Positions 46,667-55,037 are shown, numbered from the stretch's first letter. The stretch is 64,000 nt of DNA from a virus (IMGVR_UViG_3300010365_001539:76-64075); one strand, 5' to 3'. Numbers and translations: made by a program. Notes: generated by a model from the letters alone, not told the origin.

Positions 46667-46966
46667 TTAGTTAAATGGATCCCAATCTTTATCATCATCA
46701 AATGCATTATCTCTACTACTAGGTCTATTACTTCCAATTTCATCAAGTTCTGCTACTAAATCAGAATCATCTAATATTCTTTGTAAAAGAACTTTATCCC
46801 ACTTTGTTAACCCTGTTAAGTTATCATCATAGTCATTCAATATCTCTAAAGCATTTACTGTTTCTTCTGGATCATAGTTAGCTTCATTCTCATTATAGAA
46901 GTCTATTAGTCTGTCTTTTAGAGAACCTTCTTCTACATTCTCATTAAATCTTTTTAAGTATTTCAT
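46667..46966 (-). CDS. leader-family protein (MKYLKRFNEN), acidic
   Basis: 99-aa - strand ORF. Confidence 0.5.
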   Translation of the reverse strand: MKYLKRFNENVEEGSLKDRLIDFYNENEANYDPEETVNALEILNDYDDNLTGLTKWDKVLLQRILDDSDLVAELDEIGSNRPSSRDNAFDDDKDWDPFN

Positions 46967-46975
46967 ATCTATTTT

Positions 46976-47419
46976 TTATTTTTCTGAATTAAGAACATCT
47001 ATTTCTATAGTTCTTATTAAGTCTGCTCTAAAAGTTGGATAACCACAATTTTCCATTTTATCATTTAGTAATTCATCTATTGAAAAGTAATAATGATTAC
47101 CATCACTTTTCTTTTCTGGTCTAGCCCAAATTAAAACCTCTTCTGTTTCTCTATTATCAATATCATACTTCTCTCTTAATAATTCAAGAAATGGTGAGAA
47201 ATCATCTTTTATATCATTCCAAATAATATTTTTCCCTCTAAAAGTAAATCTTATCTTTGAATAATCACCATTATCAGAAATGTTAAAATAATAACCTTCA
47301 TCTAATAAATAAGCTAAGTTTTCTTCACAAAAATCTTCTAACTTACTTATAAAAAGTTCATGACTTGATGTATCAATTATTTTTGCTTCATTAAATCTTT
47401 TTAAGTATTTTAATTCCAT
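46976..47419 (-). CDS. leader-family protein (MELKYLKRFNEA), FCEENLAYLLDEGYYF / WNDIKDDFSPF subfamily
   Basis: 147-aa - strand ORF. Confidence 0.55.
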   Translation of the reverse strand: MELKYLKRFNEAKIIDTSSHELFISKLEDFCEENLAYLLDEGYYFNISDNGDYSKIRFTFRGKNIIWNDIKDDFSPFLELLREKYDIDNRETEEVLIWARPEKKSDGNHYYFSIDELLNDKMENCGYPTFRADLIRTIEIDVLNSEK

Positions 47420-48369
47420 TCAAAATCAGATTCTTTATATCCACCATCAGTATTACAAACTAAAATGTCTGCATCAATTTCTTCTTTATCATTACATAAC
47501 TGACCAGTATCTCTATTATAATAACAAAATGTATCTAAATAAGGATATTTATTGAAACCATAATTGTCCAACTGAACAATCAAATCTCCTTTTTTCATTT
47601 CACCATTTTTTTCAATTTGAAAGAAATAATGAAAATCACTTCTATACTTATAAGAACTTGTTTGTAATTCTTTACTCCAAGCATCTATACTACCTGCATA
47701 CATCTTAAATAAGGCAACATCACTATCTTTTGATGTATAGATACGATCCATAAATAAACCTTCATTAGTTTGCCATAAAAGAGCTCTACCAATAATCTTT
47801 TCAGATCCTGGTGCCTTTAATATAACCAATTGAACAACATTTGGATTCATAACATACATATCAAAAATTGCATGTGGTTTGTTATTCAAACAAGAATGTC
47901 CTAACTGACCTTCATCAAAATCTTCATAGTTATTTATATTATAATACTTTAATATTTCTTCACCTGATACAATTTCAAATCTGTCAAATGATCCTTTTGA
48001 ATCCATAACTGCCTTAAACTTATTTACAAATTCTTCAATTTGTCTTTCAGTAAATGATTCACCACTTAGCTTTACTAAACTTCTTACAATCTTACCAACT
48101 CTAATTTCATTTCTACTTTGTTTCCAAGGTTCACCTAAAGTCTTTGCCTTAGCATCAATCACAAATGATATTGAATCATTACCTTTACCTAAGTCTAAAT
48201 AATTCTTTTCAATATCTTTTTCAGTATTCTGTAATGATAAAATAACCTTTGATAAAGGACTATCAATCTTTGATACTACATTACAAAACCCATCAGAAAA
48301 CTCAACCTTACTCTCAATAATTATTGGTAGGTCTTTAGCATACTCATCATACTCTTTAATTAATCTCAT
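47410..48369 (-). CDS. paralog-family A protein
   Basis: GRALLWQTNEGLFMDRIYT...KYPYLDTFCYY shared with 24571..25701 and 27920..29170. Confidence 0.55.
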   Translation of the reverse strand: MRLIKEYDEYAKDLPIIIESKVEFSDGFCNVVSKIDSPLSKVILSLQNTEKDIEKNYLDLGKGNDSISFVIDAKAKTLGEPWKQSRNEIRVGKIVRSLVKLSGESFTERQIEEFVNKFKAVMDSKGSFDRFEIVSGEEILKYYNINNYEDFDEGQLGHSCLNNKPHAIFDMYVMNPNVVQLVILKAPGSEKIIGRALLWQTNEGLFMDRIYTSKDSDVALFKMYAGSIDAWSKELQTSSYKYRSDFHYFFQIEKNGEMKKGDLIVQLDNYGFNKYPYLDTFCYYNRDTGQLCNDKEEIDADILVCNTDGGYKESDFEWN

Positions 48370-48419
48370 ACTTGTATATATTAAAAAAATTAATTATATT
48401 TGTAAATTAAAAATTAATT

Positions 48420-49145
48420 ATGAAAATATTTATATTATATGAGGGTAACTTACCCTATTCAGAAAATGCAATGTATGCTGCACTTGGTTTTACCAAAATG
48501 GGTTATGAAGTTATTCCAATCTATGACCTAAGAGAACTTGATGATAATAAAGAACCAGAAGATATTGTCTTTGCAGGAATTGGAAATGTACTTTACAGAT
48601 TAGAAACTCAACTTGGTCTTTCTAAACCAGAAGAGATTTGTTATCCAGAAGAACTAAACTATTTACTTGGTAGAAAAGTTGAAGTAGCTACCTATGCTGA
48701 TATTGTTAATGATCATTCAGAACCTTCATTTATAAAACCTTATGGTACAACTAAATACTTTAATGGTTGTGTAGTTGAACACTTTAGAGATTTACCAGCA
48801 GCTGATTTAACTACAAAGATTTACAAAAGTGAATTGGTTAACTTTGTAACTGAATACAGATGTTTTATTTTAAGAGGTAAAATTATGGGAGCTAAACATT
48901 ATAAAGGTGACTTCTCTGTTGGGTTTGATAGAAAAGTTTTAGAAGAAGCTGTTGAGAAATATACATCTGCACCAATTGCTTATTCACTTGACTTAGGTGT
49001 TGATGAACAAGGTAGAACATTATTAGTTGAGTGTAATGATAGTCACTCAATGGGACACTATGGACTTAATCCATCTTTCTATGCAAGAATGATTTCTGCA
49101 AGATGGGCTCAAATGACAAATACAAAAGATTATTTGGAAGTATAA
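48420..49145 (+). CDS. ATP-grasp fold protein
   Basis: Size and pattern (central ...TEYRCFILRGKIMGAKHYKGD..., C-terminal ...LLVECNDSHSMGHYGL) are consistent with an ATP-grasp enzyme. Preceded by TATATTTG. Confidence 0.45.
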   Translation: MKIFILYEGNLPYSENAMYAALGFTKMGYEVIPIYDLRELDDNKEPEDIVFAGIGNVLYRLETQLGLSKPEEICYPEELNYLLGRKVEVATYADIVNDHSEPSFIKPYGTTKYFNGCVVEHFRDLPAADLTTKIYKSELVNFVTEYRCFILRGKIMGAKHYKGDFSVGFDRKVLEEAVEKYTSAPIAYSLDLGVDEQGRTLLVECNDSHSMGHYGLNPSFYARMISARWAQMTNTKDYLEV

Positions 49146-49168
49146 ATAATCTTTTGTACTTTTGTACT

Positions 49169-49477
49169 ATGACAAGCACAGAGAGAAAAGTTATAAGTAT
49201 AATGGACAAATATTATTTCAGACCTAAAGCTGATGTGCCTTTAGATGAACTGAGAGAAATTAGACTTAATGAATTGTTAGGTAAAGGAAAACCTAAGAAA
49301 AGAAGAAAAGACACCTTTGTTTTTATTGGTGTAGTTCCCAACTCTGGTGAACATAAAGAAAGAAAAATGGTTTATGAATTCTATTATAAACAAAATAAAA
49401 CAGATAGTGAAATACAAGCAATCTGGCAACAAACTCAAAGAACAAAATCAACAAGATATAAAAACAGGATATACTAA
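49169..49477 (+). CDS. hypothetical basic protein
   Basis: The ATG at 49169 follows TACTTTTG and is in frame with the track ORF 49103..49477. Confidence 0.4.
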   Translation: MTSTERKVISIMDKYYFRPKADVPLDELREIRLNELLGKGKPKKRRKDTFVFIGVVPNSGEHKERKMVYEFYYKQNKTDSEIQAIWQQTQRTKSTRYKNRIY

Positions 49478-49478
49478 T

Positions 49479-49646
49479 ATGAAATTTGTAAGACTTGCAA
49501 CAAATGCACCATCAGATAAAAGAAAAGAAGTAGCAGACAAAATTAGTAAAGGTCAATTAAAACTATCACACTTTGCAGTTGATGGTGAATTAAGTTACCA
49601 CTACTATGAAGTTCTAAATGTAAGAGTACCAAGAACCAAGAAATAA
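49479..49646 (+). CDS. small hypothetical protein (55 aa)
   Basis: The ATG at 49479 is 1 nt after the upstream stop. It is in frame with the track ORF 49347..49646. Confidence 0.3.
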   Translation: MKFVRLATNAPSDKRKEVADKISKGQLKLSHFAVDGELSYHYYEVLNVRVPRTKK

Positions 49647-49729
49647 TTTGGTTGATTAATAAATTATTAGTCTAAAAATAATTAAGAGGGAATAATTATT
49701 TTATATATAATTAAAAATAAAATAATTAT

Positions 49730-50392
49730 ATGGACTTAAACAACATCCAAACTGAACAAGATCTTTTTTTACTTAAAGAGAAAGTTAAAGAGATTGAAAA
49801 GAAAATTAAAGAGAATAATAAACCTAAAACTATTACTATCTCTGGGAATGCACACAATACAATAAAAAGATTCTGTACTAGTCTTAATCTTAATATAGGT
49901 GATTGGTGTGAAAAAATACTTTTAAAAGAAATTGAAGATAATAATTGTATAATATTAACAGAAGATATAAAAAGTGATGAAGATAGAATTAAAGAAGATT
50001 CAGAAATTTTAAAAGATAAATACATAAAAGAAAAACAAAAAACAAAATATCTTATTAAAGCAAATAAATTAATACTTAGTAGTCAACTTAAATTTAATGG
50101 TTATTCAAGATTAGATGGTCAACCTATCTATGAATTTACTGGTGAGGATATGAATCACTTCAAAATGGTTAATGATTTTGATAGTCTTGGTGTTACTTTT
50201 GATAAAATAGATATGGATTTTGGTTTTATAAAAACTAATGCAAGTTTAGAAGATTATGTTATTCTTGATGGTAAATCAATTGAATATGAAGTTCCAAAGT
50301 ATCAAAGTTCTATACCAAATAATTTCTTTGAACAACCTGTTGTTAAACTATCAGGAAATGTTTTTATACCTGATTTCTCTAAAAATAATTAG
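49730..50392 (+). CDS. hypothetical protein
   Basis: 220-aa ORF. Confidence 0.45.
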   Translation: MDLNNIQTEQDLFLLKEKVKEIEKKIKENNKPKTITISGNAHNTIKRFCTSLNLNIGDWCEKILLKEIEDNNCIILTEDIKSDEDRIKEDSEILKDKYIKEKQKTKYLIKANKLILSSQLKFNGYSRLDGQPIYEFTGEDMNHFKMVNDFDSLGVTFDKIDMDFGFIKTNASLEDYVILDGKSIEYEVPKYQSSIPNNFFEQPVVKLSGNVFIPDFSKNN

Positions 50393-50448
50393 AAACTTTT
50401 TTATTTAGTATTTTTTTTATTATCTTTGTAGAACTTAAAAACATATAT

Positions 50449-50754
50449 ATGACACTTGATAATAAAATTATAGGTACTGCAGTAGATTATTTTGCAAATG
50501 TTAAAGATTGTGACTCAGATGATATTCCTGTTGACTGGGATGAAACTGGTGATCCAAACCTTATCTCTTTAAAAGAGTTTAACCTTGTTGGTGAAATAAT
50601 TGCATCACAAGTTTCTTTTTGGGCTCTTAGAAGAATGTATAACTCTTGTCAATCAAATTGTGATTACATGCAAACCATTATGAGAAATAAAATCAAAGAG
50701 TATGAAGATCAATTTGGTGAGTTCAAAAACTATAATTCTAAAAGTATATGGTAA
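50449..50754 (+). CDS. hypothetical protein
   Basis: 101-aa ORF preceded by TATCTTTG. Confidence 0.45.
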   Translation: MTLDNKIIGTAVDYFANVKDCDSDDIPVDWDETGDPNLISLKEFNLVGEIIASQVSFWALRRMYNSCQSNCDYMQTIMRNKIKEYEDQFGEFKNYNSKSIW

Positions 50755-50984
50755 TCAAAATAGGAGACACTGTACACATCTTAAATTTTACTCATAAAAG
50801 ATTACCTAGACTTAAAACAGGTGAAATATGTAGGGTTAAACAAATAACAAAAACCTACAAGTTTAATCCACCATCAACTACTATCAAATATCTACTTGAT
50901 AATGGTAAAGAATATGATGGTAAAGAACTAGAATTTGATAAAGAACTATCCAGAGATAACAGATTAAAAGACCTACTTAAATGA
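50748..50984 (+). CDS. small protein of the C-terminal motif family
   Basis: Ends SRDNRLKDLLK. Confidence 0.45.
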   Translation: MVIKIGDTVHILNFTHKRLPRLKTGEICRVKQITKTYKFNPPSTTIKYLLDNGKEYDGKELEFDKELSRDNRLKDLLK

Positions 50985-51478
50985 TAATTGCAAGTGAAGC
51001 CTTAATAGGTAAAAAATTCAAAGTTAAATGTATAAAAGAACATTTAAACCTCACATTGGGAAAAGAATATGATGTTTGTTATGTTGTAAGTGATGTAAAA
51101 TACTATCTTATTGAAAATGATAGAGGTATAAGATTATATAAACCTGCTTACTATTTTGAACCAATTGATATAAAAGAAGCAGAAAAAATAGAAGAAATTG
51201 TAATAAAAGACTTAGAATACTACAATAGTATCAAAAAAGTAGTATGTATTACTAAAGAATACAGAGGTTCTACCTATAATGGTGGTGCAATTGTAGGGGA
51301 AATATATGATGTAGTAGAATATCTTGCCAATGTTCATCCAAATGGTAGATTTAGAATAAAAGGTAAATTAGAAGGTATTGAATATTCTTCTGGTATACAA
51401 ACAATTGACATTTTCCCAAAAGAATTATTTATTACATTAGAACAACATAGACAAAACCAATTAGAAAAAATATTATGA
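50981..51478 (+). CDS. C-terminal motif family protein (165 aa)
   Basis: Contains KVKCIKEHLNLTLGKEYDV...ENDRG. Ends HRQNQLEKIL. Confidence 0.45.
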   Translation: MIIASEALIGKKFKVKCIKEHLNLTLGKEYDVCYVVSDVKYYLIENDRGIRLYKPAYYFEPIDIKEAEKIEEIVIKDLEYYNSIKKVVCITKEYRGSTYNGGAIVGEIYDVVEYLANVHPNGRFRIKGKLEGIEYSSGIQTIDIFPKELFITLEQHRQNQLEKIL

Positions 51479-51699
51479 TAAATGCTAAAGTAAAAGTTAT
51501 AAATGAAACAAGTGAATATGCTTTTGAAAAAGAACTTAATAACTTTTTAGAAACTATTGATTCTAGACAAATAGTTAAGACTGAATTCTCAACATGTTGT
51601 ACTAGTGCTGGTAGTGTTAAATTTTCTGTATTAATATACTATGTAGGTATTGATGATATTAGAGATGTAAAAATTGAAAACATATTAGAAATTAAATAG
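51475..51699 (+). CDS. Cse60-like small protein with an appended C-terminal DIRDVKIENILEIK motif
   Basis: MINAKVKVINE...LNNFLETID...IYYVGID resembles the Cse60 family pattern. First copy of a tandem duplicate. Confidence 0.45.
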   Translation: MINAKVKVINETSEYAFEKELNNFLETIDSRQIVKTEFSTCCTSAGSVKFSVLIYYVGIDDIRDVKIENILEIK

Positions 51700-51921
51700 A
51701 TGATAAATGCCAAAGTAAAAATATTAACAGCAGGTTATACTGGTGACTTAGAAAAAAATGTAAATGAATTCCTAGAAACAATTGATATTAGACAAGTAGT
51801 TAAAATGGATTTTACTGCAACTGGTGACCAAGATAATAAAAGAATCTATTGTAACATTATCTATGTAGGTATTGATGATATTAGAGATGCAAAAATTGAT
51901 AACATATTAGAAATTAAATAA
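51700..51921 (+). CDS. Cse60-like small protein, tandem paralog of 51475..51699
   Basis: MINAKVKILTAG...VNEFLETIDIRQVVK...IIYVGIDDIRDAKIDNILEIK. Confidence 0.45.
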   Translation: MINAKVKILTAGYTGDLEKNVNEFLETIDIRQVVKMDFTATGDQDNKRIYCNIIYVGIDDIRDAKIDNILEIK

Positions 51922-51923
51922 TT

Positions 51924-52142
51924 ATGAATGAATTAGTAAAAGTTGGTAGAACTATGAAATCTACCTTTGAACAAATTTCAGAACAAGGTTTCCTTAATCA
52001 GTTTCCAGATTCTGAATTTAGAAATGAATCCCACTTCTCTGGGATAGGTGATGTTTACATCAAAAGTGAATTAGTAGAGGATTTCAAACAATTGAAAGCA
52101 GACATGATTGAAGCAAATGGTAGCTTTCCAATTCTTGACTAA
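51924..52142 (+). CDS. hypothetical protein
   Basis: 72-aa ORF. Confidence 0.4.
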   Translation: MNELVKVGRTMKSTFEQISEQGFLNQFPDSEFRNESHFSGIGDVYIKSELVEDFKQLKADMIEANGSFPILD

Positions 52143-52432
52143 TGGAACTAAAAGAATTTTTAGAAACCTTCATCTGTAGAAACTCCATAATAAGATTATG
52201 GTATACTGCTAAAGGTGGTCATGAAATGGTTGTACCGGATGATAAAAAATCTGCTTGTATAGAATGGTCCATAATAAAAGGAGAAGGTGTTTATAAAAAA
52301 TACTTAAAACATAAGGTAATTGGTGTTACTGATATATTTAGTTCTGGTGCTTACCCAGAAGCAATTAATATTGTAATTGAAAAAATTGAACTTGATGATT
52401 GGAGACAACAACAGCTAAATAAATTAATATAA
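52142..52432 (+). CDS. hypothetical protein (ends WRQQQLNKLI)
   Basis: 96-aa ORF. Confidence 0.45.
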   Translation: MELKEFLETFICRNSIIRLWYTAKGGHEMVVPDDKKSACIEWSIIKGEGVYKKYLKHKVIGVTDIFSSGAYPEAINIVIEKIELDDWRQQQLNKLI

Positions 52433-52839
52433 TGAATAAAGAAATAATTATGATTGAAGAATTGAGAAAATATTTTGAATTTAGTGGAACCATATCAGGT
52501 ACACAATACATTCTTAGAAACCTTGTATCATCTATTGCAGCATTCACAGCAGGTGGTGTAATTGGATTAGGCTTAGTAATAAACAGTTTAGTAGTAATAC
52601 TCTTAGGAATGTTAATATTACTACCAGTATTATGGTTTGCAACTGCAAATATCTACAAAAGAATTAAAGCTTTCTTCCCTAACCAAGCTATTGCTCTTAC
52701 TACAGGATTAGCCTTGTTACAACTAATCTCACCTTTTGGTAAAGGTGAAACCTGGGGAGTCTTACTAAACTTAGTACTACTTATCATTGGAATATTACTT
52801 ATATTCTGTAACTCTAATACCAAAGAACACAATGGATAA
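52432..52839 (+). CDS. integral membrane protein (4 predicted TM segments)
   Basis: 135-aa ORF with long hydrophobic stretches. Confidence 0.5.
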   Translation: MNKEIIMIEELRKYFEFSGTISGTQYILRNLVSSIAAFTAGGVIGLGLVINSLVVILLGMLILLPVLWFATANIYKRIKAFFPNQAIALTTGLALLQLISPFGKGETWGVLLNLVLLIIGILLIFCNSNTKEHNG

Positions 52840-53149
52840 TAAACCACTAAAGTATGTTGTATGTGAACACTTAACATACTTTCCATCAAGAGAATCAAGT
52901 TGGTTAAAATCAGCACCTCTTACTATTGGTAAAGTCTATGAAATAGGTAAAACTATGATTGCAAAGGATTTTAGGGATGATGATGAATATCAAGTACTTG
53001 AACCTGATGAAAAAAGATTTAATGATTGTATTACTATCTCCAGTTCTATTAAAGAATACTATTATCCTAAAACCTTATTCAGAGAAGCCACACAAGAAGA
53101 AATAACTTCTTTTAAAAGAAATAGAAAACTAAATGATATAGGAATATAA
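52787..53149 (+). CDS. C-terminal motif family protein
   Basis: Contains LTIGKVYEIGK. Ends KRNRKLNDIGI. Confidence 0.45.
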   Translation: MEYYLYSVTLIPKNTMDNKPLKYVVCEHLTYFPSRESSWLKSAPLTIGKVYEIGKTMIAKDFRDDDEYQVLEPDEKRFNDCITISSSIKEYYYPKTLFREATQEEITSFKRNRKLNDIGI

Positions 53150-53433
53150 TGAGTGATTTTGTAATACCTGGTGAGAAACCTAAGTTTGAATCTCATACAG
53201 ATGAAGTTGTGTTCATTCCCAATAGTGCTTTAGAAAGTAATGATTCAACATTACAAGACTGGATGCTTATGGAAATTACACCTGAGAAATATTATGAGGC
53301 AACTATATCAGAGAAATCAGTATCTTTTTCAAATGATTTAAACCGTTGGAGAACATACAAAAGACAATTCTTTGAAACTAAACAAGAAAGAAGAGATAAA
53401 AAAATTGAAATACTTTTAAACATTGATAATTAA
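53149..53433 (+). CDS. hypothetical protein (C-terminal RRDKKIEILLNIDN motif variant)
   Basis: 94-aa ORF. Confidence 0.45.
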   Translation: MSDFVIPGEKPKFESHTDEVVFIPNSALESNDSTLQDWMLMEITPEKYYEATISEKSVSFSNDLNRWRTYKRQFFETKQERRDKKIEILLNIDN

Positions 53434-53450
53434 TTTTATCAATGTTTTTT
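53421..53450 (+). terminator. putative rho-independent terminator (AT-rich stem)
   Basis: CATTGATAA-TTAATT-TTATCAATG followed by TTTTTT. It overlaps the stop of 53149..53433. TATATTTG follows immediately. Confidence 0.4.
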
Positions 53451-53466
53451 GTATATTTGTAAAAAC

Positions 53467-53549
53467 TATTGGGTAATACATAATGGCAAAATGGTATGTC
53501 ATCCTGTAATAAGGTTGTATTGTTGGAGGTTCGAATCCTTCCCCAATAA
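53467..53549 (+). tRNA. tRNA-like gene (83 nt); anticodon arm not cleanly resolvable by eye
   Basis: Acceptor stem TATTGGG/CCCAATA is a perfect 7 bp. T-arm GGAGG-TTCGAAT-CCTTC is canonical. The internal 51 nt have a GG-containing D-loop-like segment. One candidate anticodon loop, ATGTCAT (GTC, Asp), has a weak stem. A promoter-like TATATTTG lies about 12 nt upstream. Confidence 0.35.
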
Positions 53550-53551
53550 CT

Positions 53552-53989
53552 ATGAATAAAATCTACCTTAAACTTAAAACAGATATATCAATACTAGTAG
53601 CAGATGGTTACTGGTCACTTCATTGTGGTGATATGATTGTATTACATAAAATTGGAACCAGAAGTGAAATTAAACGTAATGAATATAAGGCAAATGAATA
53701 TATTCATGAAGATTCTTATTTATTAACTGGATTTGAATATAAAACCATTAAAGATATTAGAACTATGGAATATCATACAGTTTGGAATGAATGCAATTCA
53801 GTTGATACTTTAATAACAATATCTACAGGTAAACCTTTATATCATAGTAGAACTTATAACTATTATGATATACTACAACTAACTAAATCAAATACACCAT
53901 TAGTTGACAAGTTTAGATATGATGATATATTTGAAGATGTATCAACCCCATATAACAGAGAAAATAAATTAGAAGAAATATTACAATGA
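53552..53989 (+). CDS. hypothetical protein (ends NRENKLEEILQ)
   Basis: 145-aa ORF. Confidence 0.45.
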   Translation: MNKIYLKLKTDISILVADGYWSLHCGDMIVLHKIGTRSEIKRNEYKANEYIHEDSYLLTGFEYKTIKDIRTMEYHTVWNECNSVDTLITISTGKPLYHSRTYNYYDILQLTKSNTPLVDKFRYDDIFEDVSTPYNRENKLEEILQ

Positions 53990-54405
53990 AAAACTTTCTA
54001 CCATATAAAGAATCAATTGCTATGAAAGAAATAGGTTTTGATGAACCTTGTTTAGGTGCTTGGAGTAATATTGACAACAAACCTGAATTTTCTTATAATA
54101 AGAAACCAACCAAGTACTCTAAAATGTTTACTAAGAAATCACCACATTGTGTTGCACCTTTATACCAAGAAGCATTTGACTGGTTCACTGAACAAGGTTT
54201 ATTCTCATATGTTGATAGAACCTATACAAATGGTAAATATGAATATGAATTTCATATTGAAGGTAATAGTGGTTTATTTGGATTTGAAACTAAAAAACTG
54301 GCAGAACAAGCATGTATACGTTCTTTAATATCTATATTGAGAATGGATAAAAATTATATGAAGAAATTAAATAGAGATAACAAATTAAATGAATTAGGAA
54401 TATGA
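53986..54405 (+). CDS. C-terminal motif family protein (ends NRDNKLNELGI)
   Basis: 139-aa ORF. Confidence 0.45.
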   Translation: MKNFLPYKESIAMKEIGFDEPCLGAWSNIDNKPEFSYNKKPTKYSKMFTKKSPHCVAPLYQEAFDWFTEQGLFSYVDRTYTNGKYEYEFHIEGNSGLFGFETKKLAEQACIRSLISILRMDKNYMKKLNRDNKLNELGI

Positions 54406-54590
54406 GTAAATGGATAAACCCACCACTTCACATTATCTGTGGTAAATGTGGTAATAAAAATGAATTAACCTTTAAAATTGATCCTAAAGGTAATGAAGAT
54501 GAAGATGGTAATGAATACCCAGCAGTATATATTAGTTGTGGTAATTGTGGAACACTTACTGGTTTAGATGAAGTTATAGATGAAAAATAA
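54402..54590 (+). CDS. zinc-ribbon small protein
   Basis: CGKCGNKN...CGNCGT (two C-x2-C pairs). Confidence 0.45.
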   Translation: MSKWINPPLHIICGKCGNKNELTFKIDPKGNEDEDGNEYPAVYISCGNCGTLTGLDEVIDEK

Positions 54591-54828
54591 AACAGTTAAA
54601 GAATGGTTGATAGAACATATAAGTGATAACCCAGACATAACTTGGGGTAGTTTATATAGAGATACCTGTTATAGCAAATATAGTAGGGAAATTGATATGT
54701 TAGGTTCTGTATTAAAAAAATTAGTTGATGATGAAGTAATATCTGAAACTAGGAAAGATAATAATAGTTACTACAATTTAGGAAAACAATTACAAAGAAA
54801 TAAGTTATTAAAAAAATTAGGAATATGA
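54580..54828 (+). CDS. C-terminal motif family protein (ends QRNKLLKKLGI)
   Basis: 82-aa ORF. Confidence 0.45.
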   Translation: MKNKTVKEWLIEHISDNPDITWGSLYRDTCYSKYSREIDMLGSVLKKLVDDEVISETRKDNNSYYNLGKQLQRNKLLKKLGI

Positions 54829-55037
54829 GTACTTACAAAATTAGAATATTAATGAATTCTGCCACATCAAACTGGTGGGCAGATGAAACAATCACAGGTG
54901 TAAAACTTGCCACTGCAAGTGGTAATAACTATCAATTCTATGATGATAAAAATAGATGGAAATACTATCCAGTTGCTTATACTATTGTAGAACAAATTGA
55001 TGATCCAACACCTGAAAAAATAACTTTGGATATATAA
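54825..55037 (+). CDS. hypothetical protein
   Basis: 70-aa ORF. Confidence 0.45.
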   Translation: MSTYKIRILMNSATSNWWADETITGVKLATASGNNYQFYDDKNRWKYYPVAYTIVEQIDDPTPEKITLDI

